This document shows positions 15,240-23,930 of a stretch of 23,930 bases of DNA, in pieces. Source of the stretch: Candidatus Micrarchaeota archaeon (GTDB taxonomy: Archaea; Micrarchaeota; Micrarchaeia; Anstonellales; Bilamarchaeaceae). Location of the stretch: contig JBDRLQ010000009.1 in assembly GCA_043812915.1 (NCBI GenBank), positions 1 through 23,930 on the forward strand, read 5' to 3'. The notes below the pieces were generated by a model that saw only the letters and a program-made list of their open reading frames with translations, had not been told where the DNA came from and did not search any database. Position 1 is the first letter of the stretch; every line of letters begins with the position of its first letter. The translations under genes were made by a program, and so were the position numbers.

Positions 15240-18200
15240 AGAAGGTTCTGGTGATCGGGAGCGGACCGATAGTAATCGGGCAGAGCGCTGAATTTGACTA
15301 TTCCGGTGCGCAGGCGTGCCGGGCCCTGCGCGAGGAGGGAATAGAGGTAGTGCTCGTCAATTCCAATCCCGCTACAATCCAGACCGACAGCGAGATTGCC
15401 GACCGCATCTACATAGAGCCCCTGACAGTCGATGTCCTTGAGCGGATAATGGAAAAGGAGAAGCCGGAGGGCCTGCTCGCAACGGTTGGCGGCCAGACAG
15501 GGCTGAATCTGGCCATGCAACTCCACAAGCGGGGTGTCCTGGAAAAGTGCGGGGTGAGCTTCATAGGCACAGGCGCCAAGGCGATAGAGACGGCAGAATC
15601 GAGGGAGAAATTCAATGCCCTCATGAAGGAGCTTGGGGTGCCCATCCTTCCTGGGGAAGTTGTGAAGGATTTCGAATCGGCAAAGGCGTTCGCGGACCGC
15701 ACAGGTTATCCGGTAATAGCCCGGCCCTCATTCACTTTGGGCGGGACCGGCGGCGGCACCGCGAAGGATGAGGCGCAGTTGAAGGACATACTTGAGCTTG
15801 GCTTAGGGCTGAGCGCGACCGGGGAGGTCCTTATCGAAAAATCCGGAATCGGATGGGGGGAATTCGAGTATGAGGTGATACGCGACTCCGATGGCAATTC
15901 AGCAATCATCTGCAACATGGAGAACTTCGACCCGATGGGGATACATACCGGGGAATCAATAGTTGCCGCCCCGGTACAGACGCTTTCCGACCGGGACAAC
16001 CAGATGCTGCGCGATGCCGCATTAAGGATAGTTGGCGCCATAGGGGTCAAGGGCGCCTGCAATGTGCAGTTCGCGCTGAACCAGGAGACTGGAGACTATA
16101 CGGTCATCGAGGTCAACCCAAGGCTTTCCCGCTCATCGGCGCTGGCGTCCAAGGCAACAGGGTATCCCATCGCGAGGGTGGCGACCAAGATTGCCCTTGG
16201 CAGGAGACTGCATGAGATAAAGAATGCAATTACCGGGACTTCGGCAGCTTTCGAGCCCGCACTTGATTATGTTGTCGTGAAAATCCCGCGCTGGCCGTTC
16301 GACAAGTTCTCCAGGAGCAACAGGAAGCTTGGCACAATGATGAAAAGCACCGGAGAGGCGATGGCGATAGGGCGCACATTCGAGGAGGCCCTGATGAAGG
16401 CCATACGCAGCACGGAGGTGAAGGTGCCCCGCGCGATAAGGCCCTCATGGCATCTTTTCCCGGCAACCGACCAGCGGCTCTTCGCCCTCTTTGAGGCTTT
16501 CAGGAGATGCATGTCCGTGGATGAGCTTCATGCGGAGACAAAGATAAACCGCTGGTTCCTAGAGAGAATCCGGAAGCTTGTATCGCTTGAGAGCGAATTG
16601 AAGAACGAGGAGCTTGGCAAGGGGCTCCTCCTTGAGGCTAAAAGGAATGGCTACCCTGATTCACTTATCGCCGAGCTGCGGGGCATGGAAGAGGATGATG
16701 TCCGCGCCCTTCGTAAGGAACTGGGCATCAGACCCGTCTACAAGATTGTCGACAGCTGCGCCGGGGAATTCGAGGCATTCACCCCCTACTACTACTCGAC
16801 ATATGAGCTTGAGAATGAGGCTAAAAGCGAAGATGAGAGGAAGGTGCTTGTCATCGGCTCGGGGCCGATAAGAATCGGCCAGGGCATTGAGTTCGACTAC
16901 TGCTGCTCGCACGCGGCATTCGCCCTTCGGGAGATGGGGATAAAGAGCATCATGGTGAACAACAACCCGGAGACCATAAGCACCGATTTCGACACTTCGG
17001 ACCGGCTGTATTTCGAGCCGCTCGCATTTGAGGATGTGCTGAATATAATCGAGAATGAGAACCCGGAGGGCGTGATTGTCCAGCTTGGCGGCCAGACAAG
17101 CATCAAGCTCGCGCAGAGGCTCTCAGAGAACGGCGTCAAGATTCTCGGGACGCAGGTCGATGGCATTGACCTGGCAGAGGACCGGGAGCGCTTCAGGAGG
17201 CTCTCGGACGAGCTTTCAATCCCCCAGCCCCCCAACGGGACAGCGACGAACAAGGACGAGGCGTTCGCGGTCGCGGACAGGATTGGATATCCAATAGTGA
17301 TACGCCCGAGCTACGTCATTGCGGGCAGGGGAATGGCGATTGTGCGCAATGGGAATGAGCTGACTGCATTCATGGCTGAGGCGGTGGATGTTGGCGGGGA
17401 GAAGCCCGTCCTCATAGACAAGTACATTGACAATGCGATTGAAGCTGAGGTGGATGCGGTATCTGACGGGGATAGGCTTTTCATTGGAGCCATAATGGAG
17501 CATGTGGAGCCGGCAGGGGTGCATTCCGGAGATGCCAACATAGTGCTGCCGGCGATACGGCTCTCCGAAAATGAGAAAAGGACCATTGAAGATTACAGCA
17601 GGAAGCTCTCAAAGGCGCTTGGGACCGTTGGCCTAATCAACATACAGTACGCGGTGAAGGATGGGGTGGTTTACATACTGGAGGCGAATCCGCGCGCCAG
17701 CAGGACCGCGCCTTTTGTCAGCAAGGCAATCGGCATCCCTCTGGTCAGGCACGCGGTGAGGGCCATGCTAGGCAACAGGCTTGACATCCCTGCGGTCCCC
17801 TGCCGGCATTTTGCGGTCAAGTCCGTGGTATTCCCGTTCCTCAAGCTTGCCGGAACCGATACCGCGCTGGGGCCGGAGATGCGCAGCACCGGGGAGACGA
17901 TGGGAATCGGGGACTCTTTCGAGAGCGCTTATTTCCGGGCGTTGCTTGCTGCCGGCATCTCTGTCAATCCGGCCGAGAACTCCCTAGCCTTCCTAAGCCT
18001 GCGCGATGAGGATAAGGCGGATGCAGCTAAGCTGGCAGGGCTTCTGCGCGGGCTGGGATTTTCCATATGCGGGACCAAAGGCACCGTGGCCGGAATCCCC
18101 GGGGCGGAAGTAATCCCAAAGGCCGGGAAGGGGGACCCTGACGTGCTGCAGGCGATACGCTCGAAGAACATGGGGATTGTGATAAATACCCCCAGCAGGG

Positions 18201-18382
18201 GCGGCTCATCGAATACGGATGGATTCAAGATAAGGAGGCTCGCAATCGAGAGGAGCATCCCATGCTTTACTAATGTAAGCACCGCGATGCATTTCCTAAA
18301 AGCGCTAAAGATGATGAGGGAAAAGCCGATTGAAGTAACAGCCCTCTCAGACTGGGCCGGCAGCAGCCTTAAAAACAGATAA
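15236..18382 (+). CDS. carB: Carbamoyl-phosphate synthase large subunit
   Basis: Duplicated GSGPI.IGQ..EFDY ATP-grasp halves and a C-terminal MGS-like domain. ATGA overlap with carA. Confidence 0.97.
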   Translation: MKKVLVIGSGPIVIGQSAEFDYSGAQACRALREEGIEVVLVNSNPATIQTDSEIADRIYIEPLTVDVLERIMEKEKPEGLLATVGGQTGLNLAMQLHKRGVLEKCGVSFIGTGAKAIETAESREKFNALMKELGVPILPGEVVKDFESAKAFADRTGYPVIARPSFTLGGTGGGTAKDEAQLKDILELGLGLSATGEVLIEKSGIGWGEFEYEVIRDSDGNSAIICNMENFDPMGIHTGESIVAAPVQTLSDRDNQMLRDAALRIVGAIGVKGACNVQFALNQETGDYTVIEVNPRLSRSSALASKATGYPIARVATKIALGRRLHEIKNAITGTSAAFEPALDYVVVKIPRWPFDKFSRSNRKLGTMMKSTGEAMAIGRTFEEALMKAIRSTEVKVPRAIRPSWHLFPATDQRLFALFEAFRRCMSVDELHAETKINRWFLERIRKLVSLESELKNEELGKGLLLEAKRNGYPDSLIAELRGMEEDDVRALRKELGIRPVYKIVDSCAGEFEAFTPYYYSTYELENEAKSEDERKVLVIGSGPIRIGQGIEFDYCCSHAAFALREMGIKSIMVNNNPETISTDFDTSDRLYFEPLAFEDVLNIIENENPEGVIVQLGGQTSIKLAQRLSENGVKILGTQVDGIDLAEDRERFRRLSDELSIPQPPNGTATNKDEAFAVADRIGYPIVIRPSYVIAGRGMAIVRNGNELTAFMAEAVDVGGEKPVLIDKYIDNAIEAEVDAVSDGDRLFIGAIMEHVEPAGVHSGDANIVLPAIRLSENEKRTIEDYSRKLSKALGTVGLINIQYAVKDGVVYILEANPRASRTAPFVSKAIGIPLVRHAVRAMLGNRLDIPAVPCRHFAVKSVVFPFLKLAGTDTALGPEMRSTGETMGIGDSFESAYFRALLAAGISVNPAENSLAFLSLRDEDKADAAKLAGLLRGLGFSICGTKGTVAGIPGAEVIPKAGKGDPDVLQAIRSKNMGIVINTPSRGGSSNTDGFKIRRLAIERSIPCFTNVSTAMHFLKALKMMREKPIEVTALSDWAGSSLKNR

Positions 18383-18396
18383 AGAGAGATTTTCAC

Positions 18397-18981
18397 ATGT
18401 GGCTCCAGTTTGTCCAGGCGCTCGTCCTGCTAATCGTGATTATGGACCCTCTTGTCAGTATGAGCGCGTTCCACTCGATGACAAAGCAGATGCGCGGTAG
18501 GGAGAAAGGCGAGATCGCCAAAAAAGCGGTATTGGTAGCCGCCGTTCCCCTTTTTGTATTCATCCTCGGGGGCAGCCTGATGCTGGACATCCTCAGTGTC
18601 AATATCGAGACTTTCAAGGCGGCAGGGGGGCTAATCCTAATCATCCTGGGAATCCAGCTCTCGCTCGGAGTCTCATTCAAGAAACAGAAGGACGAGGATC
18701 TGCATGACCAGGGGGCAATCGCATCCATCATCGGAACTCCCCTCATTACCGGGCCGGCGACGATATCTGCCGCGATAATACTCACAGACGAGATGGGGAT
18801 GCCGATAACCGCGGCCGCTGGCATCTGCGCGCTCCTTGTCGCTTGGTTCGCCCTGGCAATCGGGACGCGCTTCTATGACAAGTTCGGGATTACCGGAGCG
18901 AGGGTACTATCAACAATGCTTGGCCTTATCACAATCGCATGGGGGATGGCTTTCATCAAGGAAGGCCTTCTCATGCCTTAG
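18397..18981 (+). CDS. marC: MarC family membrane protein
   Basis: IMDP, FKAAGG and PLITGPATI motifs; six predicted TM helices. Confidence 0.88.
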   Translation: MWLQFVQALVLLIVIMDPLVSMSAFHSMTKQMRGREKGEIAKKAVLVAAVPLFVFILGGSLMLDILSVNIETFKAAGGLILIILGIQLSLGVSFKKQKDEDLHDQGAIASIIGTPLITGPATISAAIILTDEMGMPITAAAGICALLVAWFALAIGTRFYDKFGITGARVLSTMLGLITIAWGMAFIKEGLLMP

Positions 18982-19118
18982 TGATTCCTTCCTGTGCATC
19001 GGGGAATGTCTCTCTCCAGGATAAATTGCTTTGTAACGAGTGCAGCCTTTGGAGCAGTCCCGCTAATAAGGCCAAAAGGAATTCCGGGAATGAATCCGGG
19101 CGCCCCGGGAAGCTTCAT
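18978..19118 (-). CDS. Possible 46-aa small protein downstream of tldD
   Basis: ATG 4 nt after the tldD stop. Open to a TAA overlapping the marC stop: MKLPGAPGFIPGIPFGLISGTAPKAALVTKQFILERDIPRCTGRNH. Confidence 0.3.
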   Translation of the reverse strand: MKLPGAPGFIPGIPFGLISGTAPKAALVTKQFILERDIPRCTGRNH

Positions 19119-19122
19119 GCCG

Positions 19123-20430
19123 CTAACCGATTTTCACTTTTGTGATTTGTATGTGGGGTCCGCCGTCGCTGACAGGGGCCTCCTGTCCCATCTTGCCGCA
19201 CATCCCGGGGCTTGTCCCGAAGTCTTTAGCGACAACCCGTACATTGTTCAAAGTCTCGAGTATGTTCCCGCTGATGGTGACATCACGGAGAATCGCTCCG
19301 CACTCCCCATTCCTTATTTCGCGCGCTTCCTCCGCCTTGAACATGAAGCCGCCTGAGAAAGTATCCACGCTTCCCCCCTTCATGCCCTTGAGGTATATCC
19401 CCTTCCGGATATCGAATGCGTCCTCCACAGATGATTTTCCGGGGAGGAAATAGGTATTGGTCATCCTGACAACCGGGACACTGTCATATCCTGCCGCCCT
19501 GGCATGGCCGTTCGCCGCAACCCCGAGCTCCTTTGCGCTCTCCCTTGAAGTGAGGAAGCCGCACAGCCTGCCTTTGCGGACAAGCTGGGTCTTTCTGGCC
19601 TCCATCCCCTCATCATCGAAATAGACGTGCCCGAAATTCCTGGCGGTCGGGTCATCGACAATGTTCACCAGAGAATTCCCAATGCTCTTGCCCATCTTGT
19701 TTGCAAGTATGGATTCCTTGTCTATGACTGAATCGGCTTCCGTTGCATGCCCGATGGCCTCATGGGTGAGCACTCCTGTCATCTCCGGGTCAAGCACGAC
19801 CGTGAATACCCCTTTGGGCGCGAGCTTTGCGCGGAGCAGCCTCTGGGCCTTCTCCTTAGATATCCTTGCGGTCTCAAAAACATCAATCTTCGGAAACCCT
19901 TCCCTGGAAGCCTGGGTCTTGCTCCCCCTCTGGATGAGCTTCCCGGAGCGCGCCGTGGCAACTGCGCTCATATATGTGAATCCCTCGGTCTGGAATATCT
20001 GCACCCCCTCGGAATTGTAGAATTCCTTCTCAACGACGCTATCAACGCAGGATAGGGCAACCGACATGATATGCTTTCCCTTCATATGCCCCCGCGCCTC
20101 AAGCAGCCCATCGACTATCTCCTCCTGGCGGGAATCAGCAATCCTGTCATTCGCGGTTCTCTTCATCCTCCTGCTCTTACTGACGGAAATCCTTCCAGGC
20201 TCCAGCCTGGCAAGCTTCTGCGCCCTTCTCAGAAGGGAAGGCACGCCCTCCCCGGTATTGGATGCCGCAAAGCCCCAGGAGCCCTTCTCAAGCACTCTCG
20301 CGGACACCCCCCAGTAGCTGCCGCTGTTGGCCTTCACTTCCTCATTGACGACCTTGACCGATTTGTCTTTTCCGCGCTCCACCCTGACCTCAGCGTATTC
20401 AAAACCAGAAAGTGCTTTCATCCAGCGCAT
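19123..20430 (-). CDS. tldD: TldD family metalloprotease
   Basis: HEAIGH zinc motif, DDEG, GHAR, RMTNTY and C-terminal CGK..Q..PVSDGGP. Confidence 0.93.
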   Translation of the reverse strand: MRWMKALSGFEYAEVRVERGKDKSVKVVNEEVKANSGSYWGVSARVLEKGSWGFAASNTGEGVPSLLRRAQKLARLEPGRISVSKSRRMKRTANDRIADSRQEEIVDGLLEARGHMKGKHIMSVALSCVDSVVEKEFYNSEGVQIFQTEGFTYMSAVATARSGKLIQRGSKTQASREGFPKIDVFETARISKEKAQRLLRAKLAPKGVFTVVLDPEMTGVLTHEAIGHATEADSVIDKESILANKMGKSIGNSLVNIVDDPTARNFGHVYFDDEGMEARKTQLVRKGRLCGFLTSRESAKELGVAANGHARAAGYDSVPVVRMTNTYFLPGKSSVEDAFDIRKGIYLKGMKGGSVDTFSGGFMFKAEEAREIRNGECGAILRDVTISGNILETLNNVRVVAKDFGTSPGMCGKMGQEAPVSDGGPHIQITKVKIG

Positions 20431-20441
20431 GTTCTTCGCCG

Positions 20442-20783
20442 CTATAGGAGCTTCTCTGCCTTGGCGGCGAATTCCTGCACGGTCTTCTTATGCTCCCTAT
20501 CCTCTATGGAGCCGATGAATATATAGTCCTTTATCGGGACCAGGACATAAATGGTTTTCCCGAACGTTATATCCAGGTTCTTCTGGGCATCGCCAGCCTT
20601 CTTCATCATCGCGTCGGAGACGTTGCAGACGGTCGCAAGCATGTTCGCCCCGACATCATTGAGCGCTATGGTGGAATGGAGCTTGAGCCCGTCTTTGCGC
20701 ACAACCGCGCCGTTTATGCCTTCTTTCCGCATCTCATCCAGCAAGGCCTCGATGCCATCATCTGCTTTTTCGGATTCTGCCAT
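20442..20783 (-). CDS. Roadblock/LC7 domain protein
   Basis: About 113 aa with INGAVVRKDGL (typical roadblock strand-DG turn) and the helix/strand pattern. ATG 20783 follows GGTGG. Confidence 0.75.
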   Translation of the reverse strand: MAESEKADDGIEALLDEMRKEGINGAVVRKDGLKLHSTIALNDVGANMLATVCNVSDAMMKKAGDAQKNLDITFGKTIYVLVPIKDYIFIGSIEDREHKKTVQEFAAKAEKLL

Positions 20784-20792
20784 TTGTTCCAC

Positions 20793-21518
20793 CTACACTA
20801 TGCTGATTCCTGACGGCCCCAGCTTGAAGGGCACAGTGCTGTCCGTCATGGGCAGCCTGATTTCGCACTTGCCCGCCTTCTCCTCGATTACGAATATCTC
20901 ATCCATTCCGTGCTCAAGCAGGCTGAGGAGCTGCTTGTCATGCACGCCTTCCTCAACAAGGTAAACCGCCGTCGCGTTGGCGTCCTTCAGCCTGCCCTCG
21001 ATTACCGCCAGGAACTTCCTTATGGAGTCCTGCGGGTTGTACAATACGAATGTGGAGAGCGTATCGAACACTATCCTTATCTTCTTCCCATCGCTGTTCT
21101 TTATCGCTTCATTGAGCTCGAGGGACAGGTCGTTGAGCGCGCTGGGGCCTGCAATCACCCTGACCCCATCGCCCGACTTCACCTCCTTCTTGGAGCCCAG
21201 TGTGCTGCTGTAGCAGTCTATGAAAAAGATATTATCCGCCTTCAGCTCTATTCCGGCGCCCGCGGCCTTTTTTATTACGCTCTCTGGAGCGGCGTCTCCG
21301 CAGATGATGTAGACATTCTCCTTCCTGGGCTTTGCCGCCGCCGCGAAATGGTACGCAAAGGCGTTCTTCTCCATCCCGGTCGGGCCGACAATCATGATAT
21401 TCCCCGGGTGCTGATAGCCGCCTTCCAGGATAATATCAAGGTCCTCAATCCCCGTCTGCACTCTGTTCTTCCTTAGAATCGGCAGCTTCTCATCCACTCC
21501 GAGCTCTGTCTTGGCCAT
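20793..21518 (-). CDS. KaiC/RAD55-like RecA-superfamily ATPase with degenerate Walker A
   Basis: TGIEDLDIILEGG, GPTGMEKN, FIDCYS and RIVFDTLS motifs. Confidence 0.85.
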   Translation of the reverse strand: MAKTELGVDEKLPILRKNRVQTGIEDLDIILEGGYQHPGNIMIVGPTGMEKNAFAYHFAAAAKPRKENVYIICGDAAPESVIKKAAGAGIELKADNIFFIDCYSSTLGSKKEVKSGDGVRVIAGPSALNDLSLELNEAIKNSDGKKIRIVFDTLSTFVLYNPQDSIRKFLAVIEGRLKDANATAVYLVEEGVHDKQLLSLLEHGMDEIFVIEEKAGKCEIRLPMTDSTVPFKLGPSGISIV

Positions 21519-21538
21519 GGGGATACATCTTGATGAAA

Positions 21539-21548
21539 TTTTATAAAA
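21539..21548 (-). promoter_or_regulatory. TATA box (TTTTATAAAA) for the ATPase-Roadblock-tldD operon
   Basis: 21-30 nt upstream of ATG 21518, consistent with a leaderless transcript. Confidence 0.6.
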
Positions 21549-21561
21549 GTAGGTTTCAGCA

Positions 21562-21990
21562 TCACAGGATAATCTTCTTTACCGACTCGAGGAACCCCCT
21601 GGCCATTTCGATGGACGATTCTGCCTCGGACATCTGAACCTCCTTTATGTCGATATTCTCATCCCCGTATATGACTTTGTGCCGTATCGTCCTTAGGGTA
21701 TTGAGCTCAGTCACGTATTTTTTCTCAATTCTGTTCCCGTATGCTTCCTTGAGGTATCTGCAGACAGCGTAATGGTTTTTCTCCTTGAATCCGTCTCTGA
21801 AAAGCAGGGCGCGCGCGGCATGGAACATTGAGGTGTAAGCGCTCACAACCGCATTGTCGAAGATGCCTGCCCCATATTCGGTCTCGGCCTTGCTTATCTT
21901 GTTCTTTGCCAGGTCAAGGGACTTTATGGCTTTTCCGGAATCCGGCCGTGTCTTCACCAGATTGCCTTCTCTGACAAGCCCGTCTATCAA
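21562..21990 (-). CDS. HEPN domain protein (MNT partner)
   Basis: AYTSMFHAARALL and KNH motifs, RHKVIY. The TTG start overlaps the MNT TGA stop. Confidence 0.88.
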   Translation of the reverse strand: MIDGLVREGNLVKTRPDSGKAIKSLDLAKNKISKAETEYGAGIFDNAVVSAYTSMFHAARALLFRDGFKEKNHYAVCRYLKEAYGNRIEKKYVTELNTLRTIRHKVIYGDENIDIKEVQMSEAESSIEMARGFLESVKKIIL

Positions 21991-22544
21991 AGAACCACCG
22001 GCTTTTCACCATGGAGCGCGATAGAGTCTACTATGACATGCTCATAGAATATCTTGTCCGCCTCTGCCTTTTTCTTCCATTCTCCTGGAGAATACACGCT
22101 TATGTTTATCTCTCTCCTGGTGCCCGTTGCGAGAGCTGCTATCTCTCTTTTCCCTGCCTGGCCGCTGTCCGCGATTACTATTATGTCGATGTCGCTTTTA
22201 TCGTCATCCTGCCCTATCGCGGTGCTCCCATATAGTATGATGCTCAGGATGCTCTGGCCCGTTCCGATGATTCGCCCCACCACTCCGGCATGATCCAACT
22301 CCTCAAGTGAGAAAAGCACTTTCCACTGCCTTGCCAGGTAGCTATCCAGGTCCACCTGATACTGGTATGTCTTTCCAATTTTTTCCAGCTTGAGCATCCC
22401 TTTTTTCATCATATAATCAAGCGAGTATTTGCTCGCGTTGACGCTTACCCCCGCCAATTTCGCAGTTTCCCTCACAGAGTGTCTCTTTGCAGGATTCGAA
22501 AGAATCCTTTTCATTACTTTCACGAGGGCATACTTCTCAAGCAT
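21987..22544 (-). CDS. HTH-fused minimal nucleotidyltransferase (MNT antitoxin-like)
   Basis: N-terminal wHTH (SVRETAKLAGVS...L...GML) and GS-x10-DID. Start re-placed at ATG 22544 (MLEKY), about 25 nt below the TATA. Confidence 0.88.
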   Translation of the reverse strand: MLEKYALVKVMKRILSNPAKRHSVRETAKLAGVSVNASKYSLDYMMKKGMLKLEKIGKTYQYQVDLDSYLARQWKVLFSLEELDHAGVVGRIIGTGQSILSIILYGSTAIGQDDDKSDIDIIVIADSGQAGKREIAALATGTRREINISVYSPGEWKKKAEADKIFYEHVIVDSIALHGEKPVVL

Positions 22545-22564
22545 ACCCTGTATATAACAAGTGT

Positions 22565-22576
22565 ACTTTATAAAGT
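22565..22576. promoter_or_regulatory. Perfect 12-bp palindrome ACTTTATAAAGT containing the TATA box; candidate operator
   Basis: Read directly; 21-32 nt upstream of the MNT start. Confidence 0.5.
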
Positions 22577-22639
22577 GTTGTTTTTTTATCTGCAAATTTA
22601 AAAGTATATATGTTCTTTTAAAAGCACTTTATGCTACCC

Positions 22640-23930
22640 TCACTTTACAATCCTCCAGATGCGGTATCCCCTCTCAACATCCACCAGCTCAAGGCAGTCC
22701 GGAACCTCTGTTAGGCTGTTCTCCACCAGGATGTCATAATGGTATTTCTCGAAGATGCCGCAGTCCAGCATCCCGTTCTGCCGCATGTTCTCCATCTCGA
22801 TTTGGATTTCCCTTTCCGTAAGTGCAATCTCCATGCTTGGGCTCACACTTATGTTCTCCCCATAATACACAACGTTGAACGCACATTCCATGGAATCGCA
22901 GAGCACAACTTTGCCCTGCAGGGGAATCTCCTCTATGCTATAATCCGAGTACGCCAGGGGGATTAGTGAAATCATGATGCCCATGAAGAACGCCTTCTCA
23001 AGGAGGCCGAGCCTGATTTTTTCCAGCCCAAGCCTCTTCTCGTCCAGGGAAACTGCCATCATCAGGGCAATCACCTCGATGAACCTCACCTGGTTGAACA
23101 GGACGAAGAATCCGAGCGGCAGCCAGTACCTGAAGTTCCTGTTCTTTATGAATAGGTAAAGCAGCAGCAGGAAGAAGGGGTTGAAGAGCAAAGCGAGGAC
23201 GCTCTGGTTCTCCATTATGAAAGAGACCCTTTGGGTAAGTATGCTTATGATGAAATGGTAGATATCAAAGAAATATGCCGGTCCGGCATACGCGTACCAC
23301 ATCGCTAGGGAGGCGGCAAGGCTTATCAGGTATTCCCTGCGCACAAGCACCAGTGGGATGAGGAATATGGGAAAAAGGTAGTAGAATGAGCCCATGAATG
23401 TCCCCCAGAGCACCGCAACCGGTCCTGAAAGCAGCAAAGCTATGATGAAGAAGAATGACTCGAAGACCGCGGGCCTTGCATACGTAATCCTGGTGCCCAC
23501 AAGTATCAGGATGAGCACGAACATGAATATCCGGAACCTCTCGCTCCACCCTTTGGTATGCAGGAAGAATGCGGCTGCAAAAGAGAGGAACGCAAGGCCT
23601 TGCATCACCTTCAGGCCGGTTTCCCCGAATCCCTGGTCTATAATCCTGGCGAAATGGTCAAAGAGCAGGTAAGGGTTGAATGAGAATCCCCATGCGTTGG
23701 CATAAAGGTTCGCGTAATCATATCCGTACTCGTACGCTTTCATGTGCCGGAGCAAGTCATCAAGCGGGTCAGGAGCAGTGGCAAGGAAAAGCAGCAGGGC
23801 AAGGAGGCAGAAGACAGCTGAAATTTCGTATCTATCCTGCCTCGGGTCCTTGAATCCGAAATAAGCCACGTTCCACAAGCCATAGAAGCAGTCCTTTACT
23901 ATTGCATCCTTTTCCTGGTCTTTTTCCAGC
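22640..23930 (-). CDS. Polytopic membrane protein, possibly GT-C-fold glycosyltransferase (5' truncated by window edge)
   Basis: Frame is open to the window end (LEKDQEKDAIVKDCFYGLWNV...). DDLLRH follows the first TM, RP in a later loop, many TMs, soluble C-terminal domain. Confidence 0.55.
   Translation of the reverse strand, partial: LEKDQEKDAIVKDCFYGLWNVAYFGFKDPRQDRYEISAVFCLLALLLFLATAPDPLDDLLRHMKAYEYGYDYANLYANAWGFSFNPYLLFDHFARIIDQGFGETGLKVMQGLAFLSFAAAFFLHTKGWSERFRIFMFVLILILVGTRITYARPAVFESFFFIIALLLSGPVAVLWGTFMGSFYYLFPIFLIPLVLVRREYLISLAASLAMWYAYAGPAYFFDIYHFIISILTQRVSFIMENQSVLALLFNPFFLLLLYLFIKNRNFRYWLPLGFFVLFNQVRFIEVIALMMAVSLDEKRLGLEKIRLGLLEKAFFMGIMISLIPLAYSDYSIEEIPLQGKVVLCDSMECAFNVVYYGENISVSPSMEIALTEREIQIEMENMRQNGMLDCGIFEKYHYDILVENSLTEVPDCLELVDVERGYRIWRIVK

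Noticed and set aside
20793..21518. Circadian clock KaiC
   Set aside because: Single domain, degenerate Walker A, and no kaiA/kaiB.
1..23930. CRISPR array, IS element or rRNA
   Set aside because: No regularly spaced repeats, transposase motifs or rRNA-like segments; nearly all sequence is explained by CDSs.

Overview
Archaeal chromosomal window. The evidence is the P0/P1-type ribosomal stalk, L41e, an intron-containing tRNA-Tyr, TATA boxes about 25 nt upstream of starts, and GGTGA/GGAGG ribosome-binding sites. The AMP phosphorylase/R15P isomerase pair and the orphan-rich layout suggest a DPANN lineage such as Micrarchaeota (inference only). Left to right: a split kinase pair (P-loop kinase plus a truncated APH-like kinase); a membrane-anchored Big_1 Ig-repeat/transglutaminase-like surface protein; an orphan P-loop ATPase; a putative lipoprotein; tRNA-Tyr(GTA) with a 53-nt intron; the AMP-salvage genes; rpl1-rpl10-rpl12; an unlisted rpl41e; a Mut7-C RNase; an orphan; a stand-alone rps10; an argF-transporter-carA-carB-marC cluster; a KaiC/RAD55-like ATPase-Roadblock-TldD operon followed by a 46-aa ORF; an HTH-MNT/HEPN pair; and a truncated GT-C-like membrane protein. 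No CRISPR array, transposase or integrase was seen. The most notable observations are a circularly permuted L1-binding-like RNA element covering the rpl1 Shine-Dalgarno, the degenerate ATPase-Roadblock-TldD-peptide operon, the disulfide-stapled adhesin/protease, and the citrulline-synthesis cluster with an embedded transporter.
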